A stretch of DNA of 64,000 nt. Origin: Malacoraja senta (Eukaryota). Shown one piece after another: positions 27,916 to 39,489 of this stretch; the first letter of the stretch is position 1; every line of letters begins with the position of its first letter. Position numbers and translations under genes: made by a program. A model generated the notes under the pieces. That model was not told the DNA's origin. It saw only the letters and a program-made list of their open reading frames with translations, and searched no databases. The DNA is taken from the NCBI GenBank assembly GCA_038087875.1, contig CM075990.1, forward strand, positions 10,914,001 through 10,978,000. The letters are read 5' to 3'.

Positions 27916-30900
27916 CATGACTTGAATACTGACTTGCTAATTTACAAAAATCTAACGTGTCTAGTTAAAAACCAATTAGGAACATTTAATGCTCTCTCTC
28001 CATGATGGAGCCACAGTTGCAGCTCTACATTTAAACTATCAGGTTATTTATCTGCAAGGGAATTTGTGCAACCTTGCATCCCACCAAAGGATTCAATGAA
28101 GGGTTTAACGTCAGAGAATGATATGAGAAAGACTGACAAAGACCCGCTAGATTTGTGTGCATTTGCAGAAGAATCACAAGAAACTGCCAGCATTTCCTGC
28201 AAAATGTAGGTGAATAATTTAACATTAGCATCTTTCTGAAATTGGGAGAGTGAGAACATGAAACCTCAGTTAAGATGAAAATGAACCCAACAGCACCATT
28301 ACCAAAGTTCTCTTTTTAAAAGATAGAACTTAATACATTGTGCAGTGGATGTTGGAAAAATATTGAACAATCAGGATTGTTACCATTATGTTAGAGATAC
28401 AAAATGAGTAAAGAACTATTCAAGTTTACCAAAACCATTTTTACATCCCAGCAAACACAAGTTCCACATTCCATTTCTGTCAGTCAACATGTTTTAACAT
28501 GCTAGCTCAACACATCTTTCAACAAAAATAAAGTCTAAATTTCAAAATGGTCCACAACGTAGACATTGCACAACAGCTTGCAGTCATGAACATAACAGTG
28601 TAACATACAAGCAATTTTACATCAAATATCTGGCACCCACCTGATGCTACACTTAAGTAACAAGCACGCAGCAGATACATCACAGTAAAACTACTATGAC
28701 ATACCTGATACGGCCTTGTTGTTTTGCTCTCTCCCAGAAATACAGTCTGCAGCAGCAAAAGAAATGGAAAACAAAGCAGTAACAAAAAAAATAGAAGGCA
28801 GGAGCAAAGAGCTAGACAGGTTGGCCTAGAAACAAAATAGCATTGTTTTTTGCATAACGTGTGACTATCCAAAAAAACACACGAGACCAGATTAATGTTA
28901 TCTTTACTGTGAAAACAAAATCAGAGACAAAACGCATGATAGAGTTGATGGTAGTCATTTCTAAACCATGCAAATCATTTAGCCATACATATTATATGTA
29001 CTTTTTTATTTTTTTTTAAAAGACAAGCTAAAAGAACTTAGATTTTCAAAGTCTACTTATATAAAAATTAAATCCCAACCTGGCCATGGTCAATCCAAAT
29101 CAGAGGAATCAATTATTTTGTTTGCACCAGTCACATCCACTCAAGTCTCATCCAGCTCACATCAGTTTGTCAAGCTTTGAAATGAAGTCACATTGGAACC
29201 ACTTACAATATTACCAGCACTTTCTCATTCATCCTGATTTGGTGAACCCAAGGATTTAATATACTCTGTTCAATCCAACCCAACGCATAGTTGGGTCTCA
29301 TTGGGCAGAGGCTTCAATTGTCACCCTGTTCAAGCTGAACGAATATCATCTAAGACAACAAAAAGGACAGCTTAATTTACCTCAAATGCTTCTAAAGAAA
29401 TGAGGAATATAATATGGCAGGATTCCCATTGGAATAAAATACAAGGCAGGATTCCCGTTTCTAATCGTATGGAAACAATCCTTGTGCAAACATCAGGGAA
29501 AAGACTAATTTCTGCAACAAAGGAATAGCACCAAATGGAATCTTGTCTCGCACAAGAGCACAGAGGAAAGAATACAGGACATAACATTAATGTGGAAATA
29601 CTTGAGATAAGGAAAGGAAGTATTAGAAATACATATTGTTCAACAGTAGGAAAACTATAAAAGTAAGCTGCATGCACCAGTTACATCACAGTGTAGCAGG
29701 TACTCAAAAGTAATATTCAAAACCAGATGTAAAAAGTAAGTCCTACAAAAGAAAATGGTATCCTAGGCTAAGAGACTGAAATGCAATTGAAACCAAATAT
29801 GATCAAATGTGACTGCGTATGAAAATATTTCTAGGTAATGTGCAGACTTCCGCAAAATGGCAGAAACTTGATTTAAATACACACGGTTACCATCATGCTA
29901 AGGGGTCCACCAATTAATTCTAGTGATACATTTAAATTGTAATGGATTACTTTTTACTCTGCTTTTCAACAATTCTATCAAGTGATCGTTTTCCAACGAG
30001 TGTTAACTGAATTTGCAGAGATAAAATCATTAAACCAAAGTTTAACAATTGCCTAACGGAAGTAAAATTTTCAATTAATTTAGTGCAGTTTCACACCGTC
30101 CCTTCTCTCACTTTGAACCATAACTTAAAGACCAGATTTTACATTTTAAAATAACATAGAAGTTCTATCCAGCCACATCAAGATTATCTTTTCATTTCAA
30201 TTTCTGTAATTGCATAGTTTATTGAGTGACTGGCCCCCTTAGATTAAAAAAATTAACTTCTCTACCAAGAACATTTTGGGATGCAATTACATTAATGATT
30301 TCCATAAAATTATCAAAGAAGCAATTTAAAATGAACAGCTTCCAGCCAATTTGAATACAGGATTTTCCTGTTACTTAAAATTATCTGCCACTTTCAGATT
30401 AAAAATCAGTAAACCAAAATGATTCACATCTTTAAGAACAAACATCCCCAGTTTGCATTTCCTCAAATACTAAAGTGAAATGCATCATTTAACAACAATG
30501 AAAATAGTGGATGGCTCCCTATGCCCCTCACGAACCCTGACCATCAAATATCCGACAATATATTTTCCTCTTTCAGTTTCGAAGCATGTAGTTTCTCTTT
30601 TCATCTTCCACTGCTGTGATCATAATGGCTACATAGTCCGCATAAACGATAGTAAATACTTGCACCTTCCAACTGTATCAGCAATGTGACATACAAGTAA
30701 AATGTGCCAATATAAAGGGATTCCCCATCCTCTCCCAAGACATCCTTCTGAATATATAAATAAAATTTAACTAACAGTCAAATGGAGTGTGTTAGCAAAT
30801 AAATAAGCATTGGCTCCTAAATTAACAACGATGTACAAGTACCCATAGAAACTAAAATTCTCTCTCAACCCAATGAAAAGCTTTCCATGAAAACCTCAGA

Positions 30901-32385
30901 CAACATTAAGGACAGCAAAAGTGACCACAGCACCAGGATCCAGTGAGAAGCAGAAAATACTATTCTATCACATTGTTTCTGTTGTAAAGATTCAATGTCA
31001 TTGCACATGGGCTCAGTCACAGCTTTCATGGCCTTTATTGTCTGAGCTCATGATAAATAGTCTGTTCAAATGAAATATCCAATAATGGCCAACACCTGTG
31101 CAACAATCCCAGACATCAGTACCCTTCAGAAAGAATGGAAGGCAGTGGGAGAAAAAGGGATGATGGGCAGTGAGTGTTGTGTTTAAAAAAAAAATGAGGG
31201 ACCACCCTGATGATGCCTTTCCTCTCAGGTGTTAAATAAACAGATTGCTGCTCACAGCTGGACAATGTTATTACTGTTACAGTACATTAATTATTCTCCA
31301 CTACTACCCAGCACCAATTCAAAGTATATGGCCATTAAGGAAATAGAATAAATATATCAAAATAAAGTGAAATTGTCATACAACTCTGAACTTAAATACA
31401 GTGACCTCCATAATGTTTGGGACAAAGACCCGACATTTATTTATTTGCCTCTGTACTTCACAATTTGAGATTTGTAATAGAAAAAAAAAAATCACATGTG
31501 GTTAAAGTGCACATTGTCAGATTTTATTAAAGGGTATTTTTATACATTTTGGTTTCACCAAGTAGAAATTACAGCTGTGTTTATACATAGTCCCCCCATT
31601 TCAGGGGGCCATAATGTTTGGGACACATAGCTTCACAAGTGTTTGTCATTGCTCAGGTGTGTTTAAATGCCTCCTTAATGCAGGTACAAGATATCTCTCA
31701 GCACCTAGTCTTTCCATCACCTTTGGAATATTTTATTGCTGTTTATCAACACGAGGACCAAAGTTGTGAAAGTCAAAGAAACCATTATGAGACCGAGAAA
31801 CTAGAACAAATCTGTTAGAGAGACATCAGCCAAACCTTAGGCTTACCAAAATCAACTGTTTGGAACATCATTAAGAAGAAAGAAAGCACTGGTGAGCGTA
31901 TTAATCGTGAAAGGACTGGCAGGCCAAGGAAGACCTCCACAGCTGATGACAGAAGAATTCTCCCTATATTAAAGAAACATGCCCAAACACCTGTCCGACA
32001 GATCAGAAACAGTCCTCAGGAGTCAGGTGTGGATTTGTCAATGACCACTCTTCGTAGCCATGAACAGAAATACAGAGGCTACACAGCAAGATGCAAACCA
32101 CTGGTTAGCTGCAAAAATAGGATGGCCAGGTTACAGTTTGCCAAGAAGTACTTAACAGAGCAACCACAGTTCTGGAAAAAGGTCTTCTGGACAGATGAGA
32201 TGAAGATCAACTTATATCAGAGTGACGGGAAGAGCAAAATATAGAGAGAAGGAACTGCCCAAGATCCAAAGCACACCACCTCATCTGTGAAACTTGGCGG
32301 CGGGGGTGTTATGGCCTGGGCATGAATGGTTGCTGAAGGTACTGGCTCACTTATCTTTATTGATGATACAACTGCTGATGGTAGT

Positions 32386-32815
32386 TGTAGTGTCAGATTT
32401 TTATATCTTTTCAAGGATTTAGTCCTTTAGTCACTAATTGAAGACAGGGGATCAGAAGATAATCGATACGCACCCACAAGCTCTCCACGAGACATTCAAT
32501 GCCGTCGAAAGATAAATCTTCCAAACACAGTCTCTTGATTAATAGTTTCTTTATTGTAGTAGCAAAAACAGTAAGATAATCATCCAAACTTCTTCTAGTA
32601 TAAGTACATTTCAATTCAATCATGGTCATGCTCATGCATGGTCAAAAACTGTGACCTCTCCCCCATGCTTCTTCAAACTAAATACGAGGGAGTCTGCGCG
32701 AGAATCCCAGCCGCAAACACGCCTCAGACTATGTATAAATCCCACCCACATAATTACAGGCAGATAAAACTGGTTATAGTTATAACATACGGAGTTAAGC
32801 TAAATGGCTACTACA
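32386..32815 (-). mobile_element. BEL/Pao 3' LTR (430 bp)
   Basis: Inverted termini TGTAGT...ACTACA, preceded on the minus strand by PPT-like ATTAGGGGCCGGTA (32816-32829); AATAAA near 32550. Confidence 0.85.
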
Positions 32816-32936
32816 TACCGGCCCCTAATTGCTTTGAGTATATAACGAGGCAATTACTAATAGACATTAAAAAAAGAGCTAGAAAAGCTTAACATATATC
32901 AAAAAACAAAAAATAACATGCATTACATATCAGCAT

Positions 32937-33958
32937 TCAGACTTCTTTAGCGATTCTTCCATCTTCACCTTCTGGAAGCAAGCATAACTTGATTATTGGT
33001 CTTATTAAAACATTGTGCTTAGTCTGAAGTCGTACTGTGCGCACCAAACCCTTTACGTCAGGCATGATCTCCAGCATCCTTCCCATCAACCAAGAACCTC
33101 GTGACGCAGTAGAATCGACCACCAAAACAATATCACCTGGAACAAAATTTCTTCTAATCCTCGATCATCGTTGTCGCTCTTGGATCAGAGGCAAATATTC
33201 TTCTGTCCATCTCTTCCAAAAAAGATCTGCCATATATTGTAATTGTCTCCTTCTGCATTTTATATACAAATCTTCCTTCACAAAGAGTCCAGGTGGTAGT
33301 ATTGGATTGGTCTTCAACAGAAGAATATGATTTGGTGTAAGCGCTTCCAGGTCGTTTGGATCATCAGAACTCTTAGTAATAGGTCAATCATTTAAAATTG
33401 CTTCAACTTCACAGAATAAAGTTTGTAATCCTTTACCGTCCAGACTTGTTGTTTAAGAACAGAACGTAGCACATTTCAAACCATGCGGATCAACCGTTCC
33501 CATACACCGCCATGATGAGAAGCCGTTGGAGGATTCAAGTTCCATCTTATCCCTTGTTGAAGCATAGCATTCTGGATCTTATCCTGATTTAAGCCTTTAA
33601 GTGTTTCTTTTCATTCTCTTTCAGCTCCAACAAAATTCGAACCATTATCTGATCTTAACGATGAAACTTGACCTCGTCAACAGATAAATCTCTGTAATCA
33701 ATGAATGCAGGAGTCTGTGTCAAGTGTAGATGCAACTTCAAGATGAACTGTTCTACTTGCCATGCAAGTGAAGATTGCACCGTACCTTTTTACAAGGCTT
33801 CATCCTCTCTTCACCTCTATAAGACCGAAATAATCCACCCCCACATCTGTAAATGGAGGCTTTTCTTTCAGGGGTTAAATATTCAGGTAGAATCCTCTCC
33901 AGAGGTAAGTCTGCCATCTTCTGTTCTCCAACTTTTCCACGTTGTCGCCTACACGCAA
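32937..33958 (-). pseudogene. BEL/Pao integrase and C-terminal region, with stops and frameshifts
   Basis: QKMADLPLER, GVDYFG, SDNGSNFVG, HHGGVWERLIR, LTPNHILL, FWKRWTEEYLP and RPIIKLCLL motifs. Confidence 0.92.
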
Positions 33959-35093
33959 CAAACCTTAGGCTTACCAAAATCAACTGTTTGGAACATCATT
34001 AAGAAGGAGAGCACTGGTGAGCTTACTAATCGCAAAGGGACTGGCAGGCCAAGGAAGACCTCCACAGCTGATGACAGAAGAATTCTCTCCATGATGAAGA
34101 AAAATCCCCAAATACCTGTCCGACAAATCAGATACACTATTCAGGAGTCAGGTGAGGATTTGTCAATGACCACTGTCCACAGAAAGCTTCATGAACAGAA
34201 ATACAGAGGCTACACTGCAAGATGCAAACCACTGGCTAGCCGCAAAAATAGGATGGCCAGGTTACAGTTTGCCAAGAAGTACTTAAAAGAGCAACTGCAG
34301 TTCTGGAAAAAGGTCTTGTGGACAGATGAGATGATGATTAACTTATATCAGAGAGATGGCAAGAGCAAAGTATGGAGGAGAGAAGGAACTGCCCAAGATC
34401 CAGAGCATACCACCTCATCTGTGAAACATGGTGGTGGGGGTGTTATGGCCTGGGCATGTATGGCCTCTGAAGGTACTGGCTCATTTATCTTCATTGATGA
34501 TACAACTGCTGATGGTAGTAGCATAATGAATTCTGATGTGTCTAGACACATCCTATCTGCTCAAGTTCAGAAAAATGCCTCAAAACTCATTGGCCGGCGG
34601 TTCATTCTACAGCAAGACAATGATTCCAAAAAGACTGCTAAAGCAACAAAGGAGTTTTTCAAAGCTAAAAAATGGTCAATTCTTGAGTGACCAAGTCAAT
34701 CACTTGATCTGAACCCACTTGAGCATGCCTTTTATATGCTGAAGAGAAAACTGAAGGGGACTAGTGGCCAAAACAAGCATAATCTAAAGATGGCTGCAAT
34801 GGATGGATTTAAGAGAGAGTTAGATAGAGCTCCAGGGGCTAGTGGAGTCAAGGGATATGGGGAGAAGGCAGGCACGGGTTATTGATAGGGGACGATCAAC
34901 CATGATCACAATGAATGGCTGTGCTGGCTCGAAGAGCCGAATGGCCTCCTCCTGCACCTATTTTCTATGTTTCTATGTTTCAATACAGGCTTGGCAGATC
35001 ATCATCAGAGAAGACACCAAGCAACTGGTGATGTCCATGAATCGTAGACTTCAAGCAGTCATTGCATGCAAAGGACAGGCAACAAAATACTAA
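33959..35093 (+). pseudogene. Tc1 DD34E transposase remnant
   Basis: GRPRKT, LWTDE, VKHGGGGVMAW and QQDND motifs; TGA at 34688-34690 in place of the W of WPSQS; CR1 insertion at 34801-34980. Confidence 0.92.
34801..34980 (+). mobile_element. CR1 LINE 3' tail inserted in the Tc1 transposase
   Basis: (CTATGTTT)n tail, CAAT duplicated at both junctions. Confidence 0.85.
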
Positions 35094-35643
35094 ACATGAC
35101 TACTTTCATTTACATTACATTGCTGTGTTCCAAACATTATGGTGCCCTGAAATGGGGGTACTATGTATAAATATTGCTGTCATTTCTACATCGTGAAACC
35201 AAAATGTATAAAAATGGCCTTTACTAAAAACTGACAATGTGCACTTTAACCACATGTGATTTTTTTTCTATTACAAATCTCAAATTGTGGAGCACAGAGG
35301 CAAATAAATAAATGATGGGTCTTCGTCCCAAACATTATGGAGGGCGCTGTAAGAACAACTTAATCCAAAAAGATGATCAGTTTGGGGGTTCTTTCTGAAG
35401 TTTAAAGAGCATGTGTTAGCTGATGGTGGAAGTAAGAGATTTTTACTTCTTTGGTCATGCCCAATGGTTGATAACTACATTACTAAATTCTCCTAGCATA
35501 GGACAGCACATTGAGATCCTATGGGACTGGGCAAGAAGAGAAAAAAAATCAACTATTCCTGGTTCAAATTCCACTCATCCTAGATGGTGGTAAGTGAATT
35601 TTTTGAACTCAATGTCAAATGCAACATTGGGAATAAATTGTTT

Positions 35644-35990
35644 AAGAAGGAACTGCAGATGCTGGAAAATCGAAGGTAGACAAAAGTGCTGGAGAAACTC
35701 AGCGGGTGCAGCAGCATCTATGGAGCGAAGGAAATAGGCAACGTTTCGGGCCGAAACCCTTCTTCAGACTGATGTAGGGTGGCGGGGGGGCGGGAAGAAG
35801 AAAGGAAGAGGAGGAGCCAGAGGGTAGAGGGAGAGCTGATAACCCTCTGGCTCCTCCTCTTCCTTTCTTCTTCCCGCTCCCCCCCACCCTACATCAGTCT
35901 GAAGAAGGATTTTGGCCCGAAACGTTGCCCATTTCCTTCATTCCATAGATGCTGCCGCACCCGCTCAGTTTCTCCAGCACTTTTGTCTAC
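35644..35990. mobile_element. Inverted pair of Penelope pseudo-LTRs forming a palindrome
   Basis: Arms 35676-35825 and 35842-35990 are near-perfect reverse complements around a 16-nt spacer; homologous to 9860-9952. Confidence 0.9.
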
Positions 35991-36331
35991 ATTGAGAATA
36001 AATTGCCCAGTTAACAAAAATATTTCTCACACAGGGTAAATCATAAAGTATGGTTCTAAAGAATGGTCCTGCCTTTTCTAAGGTCAATGACTTGAGAGCA
36101 GTAATGCCTACCAGACCGTTCAAGCATGACACAACTTTTTACATAAAGACCTAAAGTTATGACTCAAACAATCCCAAGACAATGAGTAGCAGACAAGAAC
36201 AAATCTAATGCCAACCCTAAAATCAGATTCATGGATAAGCACCCACGCTGTCCACGTTGTTTGCAACAGTGCATAGTTTTGTGCATTTTGTTTTTATGAG
36301 CTATGAGAGCAGTAAAAATAATACAACTTAC

Positions 36332-36427
36332 CAATGGAGTATGTGTAGTCCATCTTGAATTTCGCTTAATGGCACCAACAACACTATTTATTTCACCTTG
36401 CACAATATAAATGCCTTTATCGATCAT
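36332..36427 (-). CDS. GBF1: GBF1 first canonical coding exon (exon 2; whole exon 36332-36437 with 10 nt 5'UTR)
   Basis: Translates to MIDKGIYIVQGEINSVVGAIKRNSRWTTHTPL, near-identical to the vertebrate GBF1 N-terminus as I recall it (human MVDKNIYIIQGEINIVVGAIKRNARWSTHTPL). Acceptor ttcttgttgcag, donor TTG|gtaagt, phase 0. Confidence 0.97.
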
Positions 36428-37370
36428 AGTGATGAATCTGCAACAAGAAAAATCAAGGTTATAAATTGGCAAGAAAACCCCAAAATAAGGATTTTATTCA
36501 TTATATATTATTCCAATATCATTTTCAAAGAAATTAAAAAAATTCAGCACCACTGCCCATTTCTCCATTAACGGCAATAAACCAAATATCTTGCTGCATA
36601 CCAAGAGAATCATTTAATTTTACTTCAAATAGGATATACAACAACATCCATTGATAATAATTCAATGTGGATTCTTTGCTATTCCTTCTAGTTCAAAAGA
36701 ACATGTTTGCAAGCTGGCACTGTAAATTATGAAGGTTAATCTGTTTTGAAAGTTGTACAGTTACTACCATTCACTTTTCTTCTCGGATGACAAGGCCAAA
36801 GAAAGCATCTTTAAGTTTCCACCTTCCTTCATAGGCAGACCTTCAGGGTCAAGGATGAGTTTTATCCATTCACGTGGTTACTGACATCACTGTTGCATCT
36901 AATGCATTATCCATAGGTGGGCTGATGGTTCTTAATCGGAATGGTGCAAAGATTGCTTGGTGTGATGCTTCTGTTTGCACAGTGCCAGCTGGATGCTTTT
37001 TCTACCATTTTCATAAGTGATAGTAGAATTAGGACATTCCGCCCATCAAACCTACTCCTACTGATCTACCTCGCCATCCTAACCCCATTCTCCTGCCTTC
37101 TCCCAATAACGTCTGACACCCGTTTTGAACAATCATAGGCCAGATTGTTGGATCACCTATCCTGCCAATGCAAAGTACATTGCCCCACCATCACAAGTCA
37201 AAACATTCTGTCCCTTTCAACTTATAGATTAAGCCAGGTTCTTTCTAAGAACAGTTTAACTCCAAATTCCATAGCGACCTTGTTATAGACAACATGGTCC
37301 TTCTCCTCCTGTATTGCCAGAGTGAGGTCACACACAAACTGAGAAGAATAGCACCTCGTATCCCACTTAT

Positions 37371-38378
37371 TCATGAAGTCTTCTGCGGACACTGGTCATT
37401 GACAAATTCACACCCGACTCCTGAAGAGTGTTTCTGATCTGTCGGACAGGTGTTTGGGGATTTTTCTTTATTATAGAGAATTCTTCTGTCATCAGCTGTG
37501 GAGGTCATCTTTGGCCAGCGAGTCCCTTTGCGATTAGTAAGCTCACCAGTGCTCTCTTTCTTCTTAATGATGTTCCAAACAGTTGATTTTGGTAAGCGTA
37601 AGGTTTGGCTGATGTCTTTTTTTTTTTTTTTTAATATTTTTATTTTATTAGAAGTACAATCGTATGGCACCAAAGTGCCTAATATATATTTTCATAATAC
37701 ATTTTATGTACAGCTTCTTATTTTTTTATTATAATAAAGAAGAATAAGAAAAAGAAATTAGATAATAAAGTATAGAAAAACGTGATATATATAGTGTGTG
37801 AAGATGAAGAAAAAAGAATAAAAGAAGAAAGTTAAAGAAAAGAAAATGGGGAAAAGAGAGTAAATTTTTTTTTTAAAGAAGTAAGGAGATAATTATTTAT
37901 AATCTTGACCATCCCTCGCCCAGTCCCGAGGCAGTTTGGCTGATGTCTAACAGTTTTATTCTTGTTTCTCATTCTCACAATGGCTTCTTTGACTTTCATT
38001 GGCATAACTTTGGTCTTCATGTGGATAAACAGCAATACAAATTTCCAAAGGTGATGGAAAGACTGGAGGAAAGACAAGGTGCTGAGAGCACTCTTATACC
38101 TGCATTAAGGAGGCATTTAAACACACCTGAGCAATTACAAACACCTGTGAAGCCATGTGTCCCAAACATTAAGGTGCCTTGAAATGGGGGAACTATATAA
38201 ACACAGCTGTAATTTCTACATAGTGAAACCAAAATGTATAAAAATACTCTTTAATAGAATCTGACAATGTGCATTTTAACCACATGTGATTTCTTTCTAT
38301 TACAAATCTCAAATTGTGAAGTACAGAGGCAAATAAATAAATGATGGGTCTTTGTCCCAACCATTATGGAGGGCACTG
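37371..38378 (-). mobile_element. Tc1 left arm and transposase N-terminus (same family), 3'-truncated
   Basis: TIR ends GGAGGGCACTG|TA at 38378; MKTKVMPMKVKEAIVR and LPKSTVWNIIKKKESTGELTNRKGT. Confidence 0.9.
37618..37933 (-). mobile_element. Poly(A)-tailed retro-insertion (L1/Tx1-like 3'UTR) inside the Tc1
   Basis: AATAAA plus poly(A) on the minus strand; perfect 15-bp TSD GTTTGGCTGATGTCT (37603-37617, 37934-37948). Confidence 0.8.
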
Positions 38379-38379
38379 T

Positions 38380-38695
38380 ATATGAACATAATCTTATGCC
38401 CAGAGTAGGGGAATCAAGGACCAGAGGACATAGGTTCAAGGTAAAGGTGAAATTATTTAATATGAATCTGAAGGGTAACTTTTATACACAAAGGATGTTG
38501 GCATATGGAACAAGCTGTAGGTAGTTGCAGCTGGGACTATCCCAACATTTAAGAAACTGTTAGACAGGTACATGGATAGGACAGGTTTGGAGGGATATGG
38601 ACCAAGCACAGTCAGGTGGGACTAGTGTAGCTTGGACATGTTGGCCGGTGTGGGCAAGTTGGGCTGAAGGGCTTGTTTCCACACTGTATCACTCT
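38380..38695 (+). mobile_element. CR1 LINE 3' fragment abutting a Tc1 TIR
   Basis: GESRTRGHRFKV motif and shared tail. Confidence 0.8.
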
Positions 38696-39489
38696 GGCTC
38701 TCAGAGGACTGCAAAGGAGGTTTCTCTGAAGTATAAATCAGGTGGCACTGTATACAATGTTAGCATACTTTAGGCAAGAATCTTGTGGTGCTTCATTTCA
38801 TTAATAGCACATTATAAACTTTAAGTTGCTGTCATAATAAAACAAATAACAACAGCATGTCATTCAGCACATTCCACTGTTATTGATAAAATTACCCAAT
38901 TATCCCTACTTTATTCCTCTTTCCCCAATACACATCAATTTCTTCCCCTTGAAATATCTGTCCAATTCAGTTAGAAACTTCCTGTCAAAGCTGACTGGAT
39001 AGCACGCAACAAAAGCTTTTCACTGTACCTCGGTACACTACAGGTGACAATAAACTAGCACAGTGAACCTTCAGCCAGAGGAATCGGTCCTTTACATCTA
39101 ACCTTATCAAAACAATTTATTGTCTTCAAATATATAAATTAAATCCTACTCTTCACAACTTTTATGATTCATTCCCTGCAGATGACAAAGACAGTCAGCA
39201 TTGACTTCCCTTCCCTTTCCATCTTTGAAATACCAAGTTGCTTGTCCGGCCATCAGTTTGTATCTGAAGCTGGAGATCAACTGAGACCTCCACTCTCCCC
39301 TTGTAACTGAAGTCCCTCATCCATAAGATTAGTCCATAAATTGTTCTACACGTCCAAGGCAACTAGGGCTTCCTACAAGATGTGGGAAATACTCTGCTGA
39401 TGAGTAGGCCTTTGCCACTACCCGATCCTCTACTTTGGATGGAGGTGCTGCTGGCTGGCGGGTGAAAACAGTAGCAGAGAGTCAAATTA

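Larger units (their letters stand above)
31399..35349 (+). mobile_element. Composite Tc1 (IR/DR) unit enclosing BEL and CR1 fragments
   Basis: TA|CAGTGACCTCCATAATG...CATTATGGAGGGCGCTG|TA. Two overlapping transposase segments at ~31750-32385 and 33959-35093. Confidence 0.9.
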
